This document shows positions 39,108 through 48,438 of a stretch of 57,999 nt of DNA, in pieces (position 1 is the first letter of the stretch; the number at the start of each line of letters is the position of its first letter). The stretch comes from Planctomycetota bacterium. Lineage in GTDB: Bacteria > Planctomycetota > MHYJ01 > WSZJ01. Both the position numbers and the translations under genes were made by a program. The stretch spans positions 36,370 through 94,368 of the forward strand of contig JBBTCT010000021.1 in NCBI GenBank assembly GCA_038060895.1, in the 5' to 3' direction. The notes under the pieces are model-generated. The model was not told where the DNA came from and searched no databases. It saw only the letters and a list, made by a program, of their open reading frames with translations.

Positions 39108-42100
39108 CTAATTCGCCGTCTCGAATTCCTGCACGAACGCAGACCAGCCGTCCGTGTCGCGCAGGCGATGGAATCCCCAGTCCATGCGCACGGCGCCGAG
39201 TCGCCTCATGCCGTGGTCCCGGCAGATCCGCAGGTACGCCTTGGAGCCCTCGAAGTCCGCCTTCTCGGCGCAGATGCGGGCGCGGCGATAGGAGATCGCC
39301 CAGTCGTAGGAGGCCGGCTCCGGGAGCGTCTTGATGGCCTCGAGCGCCTGGTCCCACTTTTCGGCTTTCTCGTACATGTCGCCGGCGACCCAGTGGAGCG
39401 TGAAGATCGATGCCTCGTATTGCTTCTTGCGGTCTTCGCCCGAGACGCTGATCAGGATTTTCATCAGGCCGATGACCTGTTCGGCGAACTGCGCGATCCT
39501 GCCGGGTTCGGTGACGCCTTCGACCTGCTTCTCGAGGGCTTTGCGGGTGTTCTCGAACATCTTCCGCGCGGTCGGGGACATGTCGCCCAGCGCGACGGCG
39601 TCAAACATGTCTTTGATTCCGTCCTGGTAGAGCCCGGCCTGGAGCCGCGTGCGGCCGCGCGCCCAGAGGTACAGCCCGAACCCCGGGTCCGCCGCAAGCG
39701 CCTTGTCGAAACAGGCGATCGCGTCGGTGCTCTTGCCGATCGTGCGCAGGAAAATTCCCATCTGGAACCAGAGATCGTAATCCTCGGGATCCGCTTCGAG
39801 CGACTTGCGCCCCCACGCCTCAGCGGCCTCACCGTCGCCGATCAGCGACCCCGCCATGAACAGTCCTTCCAGCGCGTTCGCGTCCGAAGGATCCATCGTC
39901 ACCGCGGTGGTCAGGTCGCGGACCGCCAGTTCCAGCCTCTCGAACATGAGGTGCACCATCCCGCGCTCCCGATAGGTCCACGCCGCGTTCGGCGCGAGCT
40001 CGACCGCCTTGTCCAGGTGCGGCATCGCGTCTGAGTAGTTCGTCTGCAGGCCGGCAAGCGAAGCGCGCAGAAGCGGGTCAAAGGGAAGCGCCTTCGCCAG
40101 GTCGGCGTAGGCGACGCGGGCGTCCTTGTAGTTGGCGACTTCAACCAGGGCCTCTGCCCGCGCTCGCACCGCTTCGACCAGGTACGGATCCGCCTGGAGC
40201 GCCTTCGCGTAGGCCAGAAGCGCATCCGCAGGCCGGCCGTCGAGCTGCGCGAGGATCCCCTCGGCGTAGCGAGCCTGCGCTTCCGCCAGCCCGGCCTTCG
40301 CGAGTTTCTGGAGGTCCTCGGCGACCTGGGCGCGCATCTCAGCGGCCTTCGGGTCGCGTCGCAGAACGACGCGGCGCCGGCCCTGTCCGCCGAGGGAGAG
40401 GAACCCCGAGTAATCGACGACGGAGACCTGGCCCTTTGCGGAGCGGTAGAGGTCGAGGGAGGCGAGCACCTTGTCGTAGAGCGCGGGCCCGTCGTCGGGG
40501 CGCAGGGCGAGAGCGCGGTCGGATTCGACGACGGCCTCGACGACGTTGCCGCCGAGCCGGAGTGCGCGCGCGCGCAGCCGGCGGGCCTCGAAGTTCTTCG
40601 GGTCCTCGAGCAGCGCCGCATCCAGCTCGGCAAGCGCGTGATCCAGCGGTTCCCGGCTCGCCGACTGTCCGACGATCGCCACGACATCCGGCCGCATCGA
40701 GCGCTCCGCCTTTTCCAGCGACTGGCGTCCCTTGTGGACGTGTTCCTCCACGCTTCTGCGCTTCGCCGCTCGTGCCATCTCCTCGCCTTCGAGTCGCAGG
40801 CGTTCGCGAGCCTTGTCGTTCTTCTCGCGCACCAGCTTCGCAGTGAGAAAGGAGCCGGCCACGAGAAGCGCGACGGCGGCGATGCCGAGGACCGACACGA
40901 GGCGGTTCTTGAGGGCTTTGCGCACGAGGCGCACCGTCCACGGGATCGGGCGGGCAAGGATCGGGTCGCCCTTGAGGAAGCGGTCGAGGTCGTCCGCGAG
41001 GGCGGCGGCGGATTCGTAGCGGTCCTCGGGGCGCTTGGAGAGGGCCTTGAGGCAGATGACTTCGAGGTCGCGCGGAATTCCCGCCACGAGGGTCGAGGGC
41101 GGGACCGGATCGACGCCCGTGACTTTCCGGAGGATCTCGATGTTGCCCGCTCCCTCGAAGGGCGCCTTGCGCGTAAGTCCCTCGTAGAGGACCGTCCCGA
41201 GGCCGTAGACGTCGCTGCGTTCGTTGACCTGGTCGAGTTTCCCCTCGGCCTGCTCCGGGCTCATGTAGGCCGGCGTGCCGAGGATCTGGCCGGCGACGCT
41301 GACGCTCGAGCCGGCGCCGACTTCCTTCGCGAGGCCGAAGTCGGTGAGAAGCGGCCGCTTCGTGAGGTCGATCAGCACGTTGGCGGGCTTGAGGTCGCGG
41401 TGGACGATTCCCTCGGCGTGGGCCTGCGCAAGCCCCCGGGCCACCGCTTCCACGACCTCCGCCACGCGCCGCGGCGGCGCCTTGTCCACGTGGATCTCGC
41501 GATCGAAGGCCTGCCCTTCGATGTACTCCATCGTGAAATAAAAAACCCCGTTTTCCTCGCCGACGTCGTGTACCTGCACGAGGTTCGGGTGCTTGCCCAT
41601 CCGCGCCGCGGCCCGCGCTTCGCGGAGGAAGCGCTCGACGTGCTCTTCCGAGCCGGTCGCCAGCAGGGTCTTCAGCGCGACGACGCGGTCGAGTCCCGGG
41701 TGGCGCGCCTTGTAGACGACGCCCATTCCGCCGCGGCCGAGCTCGTCGATGATCTCGTACTTGCCGACGCGGTCGAGGCGGCCGAGGCGGCGAGGGAGGG
41801 AAGGGGAGCTCGGCGAGACGGCGGTGCGTCCTGCGGGTTCGGAGTGTGCCGAGAGGATCGTCGGGGTGCTTGAAGCAGGGCGCGTGTTCCGCGCGACCTT
41901 GGTGGCCGCGTCCGAAAATGGCGGGCGGGCCGCCATCGTTTCCGCGCTCGAGGACGGCGGACGGGGTGCGCCCGGTGCCGCCGCGGCGACCGAGCTCCTC
42001 GCGGCCGCTTCCAGCGACGCCAGCACGTCCGGAGGCGTGCCGCTTCGCAGCAGCGCGTCGCGAAGCGGGACATTCTCGGCTGCCGCGGCCGCGACGGCAG

Positions 42101-42179
42101 ACTCCAGCGTCGCGGCGGGGAGAAGTCCGCTGGCCGCGACCAGGCGGGCAAGGACCATATCCGTGGGGCTGAGCGGCAT
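39108..42179 (-). CDS. Ser/Thr protein kinase with TM and TPR repeats
   Basis: LGRGGMGVVY, HRDLKPAN, DFGLAK, GTPAYMSPE; TPR array. Confidence 0.93.
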   Translation of the reverse strand: MPLSPTDMVLARLVAASGLLPAATLESAVAAAAAENVPLRDALLRSGTPPDVLASLEAAARSSVAAAAPGAPRPPSSSAETMAARPPFSDAATKVARNTRPASSTPTILSAHSEPAGRTAVSPSSPSLPRRLGRLDRVGKYEIIDELGRGGMGVVYKARHPGLDRVVALKTLLATGSEEHVERFLREARAAARMGKHPNLVQVHDVGEENGVFYFTMEYIEGQAFDREIHVDKAPPRRVAEVVEAVARGLAQAHAEGIVHRDLKPANVLIDLTKRPLLTDFGLAKEVGAGSSVSVAGQILGTPAYMSPEQAEGKLDQVNERSDVYGLGTVLYEGLTRKAPFEGAGNIEILRKVTGVDPVPPSTLVAGIPRDLEVICLKALSKRPEDRYESAAALADDLDRFLKGDPILARPIPWTVRLVRKALKNRLVSVLGIAAVALLVAGSFLTAKLVREKNDKARERLRLEGEEMARAAKRRSVEEHVHKGRQSLEKAERSMRPDVVAIVGQSASREPLDHALAELDAALLEDPKNFEARRLRARALRLGGNVVEAVVESDRALALRPDDGPALYDKVLASLDLYRSAKGQVSVVDYSGFLSLGGQGRRRVVLRRDPKAAEMRAQVAEDLQKLAKAGLAEAQARYAEGILAQLDGRPADALLAYAKALQADPYLVEAVRARAEALVEVANYKDARVAYADLAKALPFDPLLRASLAGLQTNYSDAMPHLDKAVELAPNAAWTYRERGMVHLMFERLELAVRDLTTAVTMDPSDANALEGLFMAGSLIGDGEAAEAWGRKSLEADPEDYDLWFQMGIFLRTIGKSTDAIACFDKALAADPGFGLYLWARGRTRLQAGLYQDGIKDMFDAVALGDMSPTARKMFENTRKALEKQVEGVTEPGRIAQFAEQVIGLMKILISVSGEDRKKQYEASIFTLHWVAGDMYEKAEKWDQALEAIKTLPEPASYDWAISYRRARICAEKADFEGSKAYLRICRDHGMRRLGAVRMDWGFHRLRDTDGWSAFVQEFETAN

Positions 42180-42219
42180 GAGCGGCGCGGCATTGTACGA
42201 CGCCTTCGACCGGGGTCGC

Positions 42220-42969
42220 CTACTCCACGAATCTCAGCGGGCCGGAGGGGGGGGCGAGCTGAAGCGCCGCGGCGTGGCGCCAGAAAAGCTCCGCTCCGCG
42301 GCGCTCCTCGGGGCCGAAGTCAAACCGGATCGCCTCGCGAAGGTAATGCCGGCAGAGCTCGCGGCGCAGGCCGAGGCGCGGGGCCTCGGCATCGGCGATG
42401 TCGTCGCGACGCGCCAGGCCGGCGCGCGCCGACTCCTGGAGGGCGGTTGCGAGGCCGGGCAGCGGCTCGATCGTTACCCACGCCGCGAACACGAAGGGCA
42501 ACCCCGTCCACAGGAACCATTCGGCGGCGAGGTCGACTTCGTCGGAGACCGTTCCGAGAGCGCGGAGCGCGGCGTCGCCGATGAGCAACCGGCCGTCCGG
42601 GCGCTCGCCCCGAAGCGGCGGCGGAAGCGCGCGGTTCCATTTCAGTCCCGCGAGGATCTCGAAGAGCGCGTTGGACGTGTGCGATGCGGGGTCGCGCGCG
42701 ATCGACTGCGCCTGGGCCAGCGGCCGGTCGAGGAAGAGCCGGACCGAAAGCACCTCGCCCCGCGCCCCGATCGCCACCCCCGGGACGAGCCGTGCTCCCG
42801 GCGTGCGGAATGCGTCGATGACCGGCAGCAGCGCCGCTTCAAACTCCCCCCGCGCGAACCTCTCAGCCAGCTCTGCCGGCGGCGCTTCGCGCACCTCGAA
42901 CTCCGCCGGGATTGCGGCGAGAAGCGGGCGTGCATTCAGATAGGGGACGGATCCGAGGATGCGCGGCAT
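42220..42969 (-). CDS. mqnA: Chorismate dehydratase, futalosine menaquinone pathway
   Basis: GSVPYLNARPL, G.V.SV, SHTS, LLIGDAAL, DL..EW..WTGLPFVFAAW. Confidence 0.88.
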   Translation of the reverse strand: MPRILGSVPYLNARPLLAAIPAEFEVREAPPAELAERFARGEFEAALLPVIDAFRTPGARLVPGVAIGARGEVLSVRLFLDRPLAQAQSIARDPASHTSNALFEILAGLKWNRALPPPLRGERPDGRLLIGDAALRALGTVSDEVDLAAEWFLWTGLPFVFAAWVTIEPLPGLATALQESARAGLARRDDIADAEAPRLGLRRELCRHYLREAIRFDFGPEERRGAELFWRHAAALQLAPPSGPLRFVE

Positions 42970-43048
42970 GGGCTCATTATGAGTCGGGCAAGTCAGAAGG
43001 GGAATTGCGCGGCATAATGCGCGATCCCGCATTCAACGGAGCTCGCCC

Positions 43049-43648
43049 GTGGACGCCATGTTTCTTCCCGAGGTTGAAAAGGCGACACCCGGCGGCCTGC
43101 GGGGTCTCGAGATCAAGGCGGCGAAGGCCGTCGGCCTCCCCATCCCGCAGATTCTCCATCTCTTCGCGTTCAAACCGGACCGGACGAAATTCCTCATGGA
43201 TTTTACGCAGGCGGTGATGCGCGGCCCTTCACCGCTCACGGCGGGACAGCGCGAGCTGATCGCCGCGTTTGTCTCGCGTAAAAACGACTGCCGCTTCTGA
43301 ATCGGCTCCCACGCCGCGGTCGCGGCCGAGCTGCTCGGAAGGGAGTACGTCGATGCGATCCTGCGCGACTGGCATACGGCGCCGATTTCGGATCATGAGA
43401 GGAGGCTCTGGGCGCTCGTCGAAAAGGCCGGCACGGAATCGCACAAGGTCACTCGCGAGGACGTCGATGCGGCGCGCGTTTCAGGCTGGAGCGACGAGTC
43501 GATTCACGACGCGCTGACGGTGGTGTCGCTCTTCAAGTTCTACAACACCTGGATCGACTCGACCGGGGTTCACGACCTGCCGGCGATCGCGTACGGAATG
43601 CTGGGCAAGCGGATGGCGGAGAAAGGCTACGTGCCCCTCGATGCCTGA
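43049..43648 (+). CDS. AhpD-like/carboxymuconolactone decarboxylase family protein with CxxU motif, 199 aa
   Basis: RELIAAFVSRKNDCRF-TGA(43298-43300)-IGSHAAV; frame continues to TGA 43646-43648 with GWSDE..D...FKFYNTW; hairpin GCCGC-GGTC-GCGGC at 43313-43326. Confidence 0.9.
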
Positions 43649-44252
43649 CCGCCCCCAGGAGCCGATGTTCCTGCCCGACCTCGAGTCGAAGCCGGTCACC
43701 GGTGAGCGGGGGGAAATGCTCCGTGCGATGAAGGAATCGGGCCAGCACGTTCCCCAGATCTACTATCTGTTCAACTTCAAGCCCGACCGCAGCCGCCTGC
43801 TCGCGAGTTTCACGGAGGGCGTCATGCGCGGGCCGTCGCCGCTGGATTCCGGGATGCGCGAACTCATCGCAGCCTATACCTCCCGCCTCAACCGCTGCCT
43901 CTACTGAGACCGTTCCCACGCCGCGGGCGCGGCGGAGTTGACGCGGGACGCGAAACGCGTCGAAGAGATCCTCCGGGACCCGGAAGGATCAGCGATTGCG
44001 GAGAAGGAAAAGGCGCTTCTCCGATTCGTGAAGAAGGCCGCGACGGAGTCGGCGAAGATGACGGCGGCGGATGCCGCGGCCGCGCGTGCGGCAGGGTGGA
44101 CGGATGAAGCGCTCTACGATGCGGCGACGGTCGTCGCGCTGTTCCGCTTCTACAATACGTGGTGCGATTCGGCAGGAGTTCACGCGATGCCGGAAGAAGC
44201 ACACGCGTTGTCGGGGAAGCGGATCGCCGGGTCGGGGTACGGTTGGAAGTAG
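43641..44252 (+). CDS. Second AhpD-like protein with CxxU motif, 203 aa
   Basis: RELIAAYTSRLNRCLY-TGA(43905-43907)-DRSHAAG in frame with ORF 43938-44252; hairpin GCCGC-GGGC-GCGGC at 43920-43933. Confidence 0.9.
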
Positions 44253-44256
44253 GCCG

Positions 44257-45192
44257 CTACCAGGGTTTCCGGTTTGTGGCCGTCACGTACGGCTTCCCGT
44301 CCAGCACGATCATCGGATCGCCGGTGTTCTTCGGATGGTTCCGTTTCACCAGTTGCTGCGTGTAGGCACCGCCGCGGTCGGTCTTGAAAGAGATCGTTGT
44401 GTCGGTCGCCGACCACGTGCCGGTTTCATCCTCGGAACCCCAGGCGGCGCCGTTCGGGTTGGTGCTGACATGCTCGTAGTGCCATTTGTAGCGGCCGCTG
44501 ACGTCGAGGATGATCCAGGTGTCAGTCTGGCGGCCGCCGCCGTTGTTGGCCGCAAAGGTGGAAATCCAGATCCACTTCCCGCAAAGCTCCTGCCGGACGC
44601 TGCTCCCGCCGCTTCCGGTGGCAGCCGCTGCCGGAGCGGCCTTCGACATCGAACCGAGAATCGCTTCGATGTCCTTGTCCCGCTTTGAAATGAACTCCGG
44701 AAGCCCCAGGGCCACGAACGCGCAGGCCGAATCACCCATGAATGCGTACAGGCGAACCTCGGCGGTTTTCCCGTTCTGCGCCGGCATTGTGTAGATCCAG
44801 ACCCTTCCGTCGAGGTCGCCGAATTTACGTGAGTCCGGTCCGCTCTGTTTCGTGGCGCCGGCCCCCGAGATCTCCTGCACGATGCGGTCGGCGTCAGGCC
44901 CGTCGATCGACTTGATCGTCGGATCGGTGACCACGCCGTAAGCCTCTTCCAGCACCCCGCTCGCGTTCGCGCCCTCGGGCACGAGGCCGAGCTTGCCCTG
45001 GTTCAGCTGGGGTTTCCAGTTGGAAGGGATGTCGAAGGCGACGCCGCCGAAGCGCTGCTCGGAGCCGCCGGAAATTCGCCGGGCATTCGAACCGCTCGAG
45101 GCGGAAGAGCCGGAGGAAGAGGAACCGCCGTCGTCCTTGCCGCAGCCGGCGGCGGCGACCGCGAAGAGGGACAGGGCAATGGCGAGGCGCAT
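44257..45192 (-). CDS. Putative lipoprotein
   Basis: MRLAIALSLFAVAAAGC lipobox, Ser/Gly linker, AAGGAG RBS. Confidence 0.8.
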   Translation of the reverse strand: MRLAIALSLFAVAAAGCGKDDGGSSSSGSSASSGSNARRISGGSEQRFGGVAFDIPSNWKPQLNQGKLGLVPEGANASGVLEEAYGVVTDPTIKSIDGPDADRIVQEISGAGATKQSGPDSRKFGDLDGRVWIYTMPAQNGKTAEVRLYAFMGDSACAFVALGLPEFISKRDKDIEAILGSMSKAAPAAAATGSGGSSVRQELCGKWIWISTFAANNGGGRQTDTWIILDVSGRYKWHYEHVSTNPNGAAWGSEDETGTWSATDTTISFKTDRGGAYTQQLVKRNHPKNTGDPMIVLDGKPYVTATNRKPW

Positions 45193-45279
45193 GGGGTTCT
45201 CCTTGTTTGAGACGGGGATGTTGCCCGCGGTTCTTCCACGATCCAAGCAGAAACACGCGCCGCCCGATAAACTCCCCCC

Positions 45280-48200
45280 GTGTCCCGGGATCTCGAGCGT
45301 CGAAACCGCGCGCTGGCCGAACTGGCCCGGGCTCGCGACTGGGTTTCGGATGCGGACCTGGAGCGGGCCCACGCCGAAGCGGGGGCCTCCGGGGAGGAAC
45401 TGGGAGAGCGGCTCGGTCGCGCGGGGCTGCTCACGCCGGAGCAGGTGAGTTCCCTGCGGGAAGCGGTGGACGGCACGATGGTCACACGTCGCACCGCGTC
45501 CGACGCGACGATCACTGCGAGCGGCCCAGGCCCGCTTCCGATTCCCACCTCGACTCCGCAGCAGGTCGGGCCCTACCGGATTCTCCGCGAGCTCGGCCGC
45601 GGCGGTATGGGCGTCGTCTACCGCGCGCTCCATCCCGAGTTGCGCCGCGAGGTCGCACTGAAAGTGCTGCTGCACGCCGGGCAGGCCGACGACGACACGC
45701 TCGAACGCTTCCGCCGCGAGGCCTCGCTTGTCGCGAAGATCGGCAGGCACCCGCATCTCGTGCAGGTGCACGACGTCGGGCGCGAGGACGACCGGCTGTA
45801 CTTCACGATGGATTTCGTGGAAGGGCGCTCTCTCCGGCAGCGGATTGAAACCGAAGGGGCGTTACCGCCGAGGGAGGCGGCATCGATTGCGGCGGACATG
45901 GCGGGGGCGCTGGAGGCGGCGCACCGTGCGGGGGTGGTGCACCGGGATGTGAAGCCGCACAACGTTCTCATCGACGCGGCGGGCGCGGCCTTCCTGTCCG
46001 ATTTCGGGCTGGCCAAGGACCTGGCCAGTTCGCAGGGACTGACGGCGACGGGCGAGGTCTTCGGGACACCGGCGTACATGAGTCCCGAGCAGGCGGCGGG
46101 ACGCGCCCGGCATGCGACGCCGGCGTCGGACGTGTACTCGCTCGGCGCGACGCTCTACGAGATGCTCACGGGGCACGTCGCGTTCGCCGGGCAGACCGCC
46201 GTCGAGATGATGCGCCTCACCGTTTCCGCCGACCCGGCCCCGCCGCGGTCGCTTCGCCCGGACATTCATCCCGATCTGGAGATCATCTGCCTCCACGCCA
46301 TGCGCAAGGAACCTGAACGGCGCTACGCGTCCGCGGCGGCGTTCGAAGCCGACCTGCGGCACTTCCTTGCCGGTGAGCCGATTCTCGCGCGCCCCGCCGG
46401 CGCGTGGGAGAAGCTGCTTTCGCGTGCCCGGCGCCGGCGCGGCGTCGTTGCGGCCGCGGGTGTCGCGCTGCTGGCGGCGATGGGCGCGATGGCCTGGGCA
46501 GGAACGAAATTCGTGAAGAAACGCGAAGAGGAATCGGCGCGCGCGGAGATGGCGAGGCAGCGGCGCGGAACGGAGGAGGCGGCGCGCGGTCCTGCTGAAA
46601 AAGGCCGCTCGCTGGTCGAACTCGCAGTGCAGGCCGAACGCACGGGCGACCGGGCAAACCAGCGCCGCTTCGCCGACGAGGCGGCGAAACACCTGATGGA
46701 AGCGGCCCTGCTGATTCCCGACGACGCCGACCTGCGCTACGACCTGGGCCGCGCATTTCGCTTCGCGGACAAGCCCGACACGGCGATGCGCGAGCTGGAG
46801 GCGGCGGTGCGCCTGAAGCCGGCGCATGCGCTGGCCTGGTTTGAGCACGGGTTGCTCGCGGTGGAGCGGTTGCTGCTGGCGCGCGGGCGTTTGCGGCGGG
46901 GGATTGCGGTCCAGCGGTCGTACAACCTGGAGTCGTCGGGCGCTGCCGTGGCGGGCGTCACGGTGGCGCACATCGGAGGCGGAAGTGACGATCCGGAAGC
47001 GCTGTCCATGGCGGTGCGCGACTTCCAGAACGTGCTGGAGCTGAACGTTGCCGGTGAACGGGCGGCGTTCGGGCGGGGGATGCTGCACTACCTCGAGAAG
47101 CGGTACGAAGATGCGCGCCGCGAGCTCGACTCGGCCATCCTGGCGAACCCGTATTTCGTGGAAGCCGTGCGAGCGCGCGCCGACCTGACGGAAGTTGCAG
47201 GCGAGGGAATTGCGGCCGCTGTCGACGACCGCCGCCGCGCGCACGAACTCTGCCCGGGGAACAACCTCTACACGTACGAATTTGCGTTCTGCCTGGCGCT
47301 GTCCGGGAGAAAGGAAGACGCGCTGCTCCTGCTGCCCGAGGTCACGGCGCGCGACCCGAATTCGGCGAGTTACGACCAGGCCGCCAACCTTGCGGAGATC
47401 TGCTGGGCCCGCGAGATGGCGCTTGATTACCGCCGGCTTGCCGTCGAATCGGCGCGCGGGGAGGTCAACATCGACCTGGCGGCGCAGCGGTACTTCATGC
47501 ACCTCGTTCGCGAACAGGTGCCGGGCGCCCGCCAGAAGTTTCTCGACGAGTGCGGCGCGCGCCTGTCGCCGGGCATGCTGACCTGCATCGAGGCGCAGGG
47601 AAAGGCGCGCGCTTTCGACTGGAACGGCGCCGCGCGACTCTTCCGCAAACTCCCGGACGATTCGCCGTACCTCGCGGCGGCCGCGGAAGTCGGCGCGAAT
47701 GCGGAGTGGCTCTGCGGCAACCTCGACCGCGGCGCGATGATGGCCGATCTGGTCATCGCCAACCGGGTCGTCCTGGACGCGGAGCACTACCGCGCGCAGG
47801 TACGGCTGGACCGCGGCGACGTCGCGGGCGGCCTGGCGGACTACGAGGCCATCCGGCTGAGGGCGCCCGGCTACAACCAGAACCTCGTCCACCTCGCCGG
47901 CGCGCGGCTGCTCGCGGGCGATGCGACGGGATCGGCGGACGCACTCGTGGAAGCGATCGGGACGACGCCGCTCGCCGCGGAGCACCGCGCGGCCGCGCTC
48001 AAGTTCATGGATGCGATGAAAGAGCGGGCGAAGACGGCGGACACGCCGGAGAAGCGGAGAGGGCTCGTCGAGTCCGTCCTCGTTTCGCTGTCGGTCATCC
48101 AGGGATTTGCGCCGGACTCGCCACGCGTGCAGGACTCGATCGGGATCGCACAGCGCGGCTTGTGGTACCTGCTCCAGCGGCTCTATCTCGAGGCGGAACA

Positions 48201-48438
48201 CTTCGACAAATCCGTCGCCGCCGGGGACGCCTTCATGAAGTTCTACCGCGCGGGCGCCGTGCTCTTCCGGCAGTCCGCCGCAAGAGCGCTGCAGAAGAAA
48301 CCGAAGTCCGCGCTGAAACTGCTGCAGGAAGCGCTGGAAGCAGGGTTCGACGACGGAAGCCGGCTCGACGCGGACAAGGCCTTCGACTCGCTGCGTGAAA
48401 CGCCGGAGTTCCGGGAGCTGCGCGCGAAATGCCGCTGA
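45280..48438 (+). CDS. Ser/Thr protein kinase with TM and TPR repeats
   Basis: Complete kinase motifs (HRDVKPHN, DFGLAK, GTPAYMSPE); TPR C-terminus. Confidence 0.93.
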   Translation: MSRDLERRNRALAELARARDWVSDADLERAHAEAGASGEELGERLGRAGLLTPEQVSSLREAVDGTMVTRRTASDATITASGPGPLPIPTSTPQQVGPYRILRELGRGGMGVVYRALHPELRREVALKVLLHAGQADDDTLERFRREASLVAKIGRHPHLVQVHDVGREDDRLYFTMDFVEGRSLRQRIETEGALPPREAASIAADMAGALEAAHRAGVVHRDVKPHNVLIDAAGAAFLSDFGLAKDLASSQGLTATGEVFGTPAYMSPEQAAGRARHATPASDVYSLGATLYEMLTGHVAFAGQTAVEMMRLTVSADPAPPRSLRPDIHPDLEIICLHAMRKEPERRYASAAAFEADLRHFLAGEPILARPAGAWEKLLSRARRRRGVVAAAGVALLAAMGAMAWAGTKFVKKREEESARAEMARQRRGTEEAARGPAEKGRSLVELAVQAERTGDRANQRRFADEAAKHLMEAALLIPDDADLRYDLGRAFRFADKPDTAMRELEAAVRLKPAHALAWFEHGLLAVERLLLARGRLRRGIAVQRSYNLESSGAAVAGVTVAHIGGGSDDPEALSMAVRDFQNVLELNVAGERAAFGRGMLHYLEKRYEDARRELDSAILANPYFVEAVRARADLTEVAGEGIAAAVDDRRRAHELCPGNNLYTYEFAFCLALSGRKEDALLLLPEVTARDPNSASYDQAANLAEICWAREMALDYRRLAVESARGEVNIDLAAQRYFMHLVREQVPGARQKFLDECGARLSPGMLTCIEAQGKARAFDWNGAARLFRKLPDDSPYLAAAAEVGANAEWLCGNLDRGAMMADLVIANRVVLDAEHYRAQVRLDRGDVAGGLADYEAIRLRAPGYNQNLVHLAGARLLAGDATGSADALVEAIGTTPLAAEHRAAALKFMDAMKERAKTADTPEKRRGLVESVLVSLSVIQGFAPDSPRVQDSIGIAQRGLWYLLQRLYLEAEHFDKSVAAGDAFMKFYRAGAVLFRQSAARALQKKPKSALKLLQEALEAGFDDGSRLDADKAFDSLRETPEFRELRAKCR

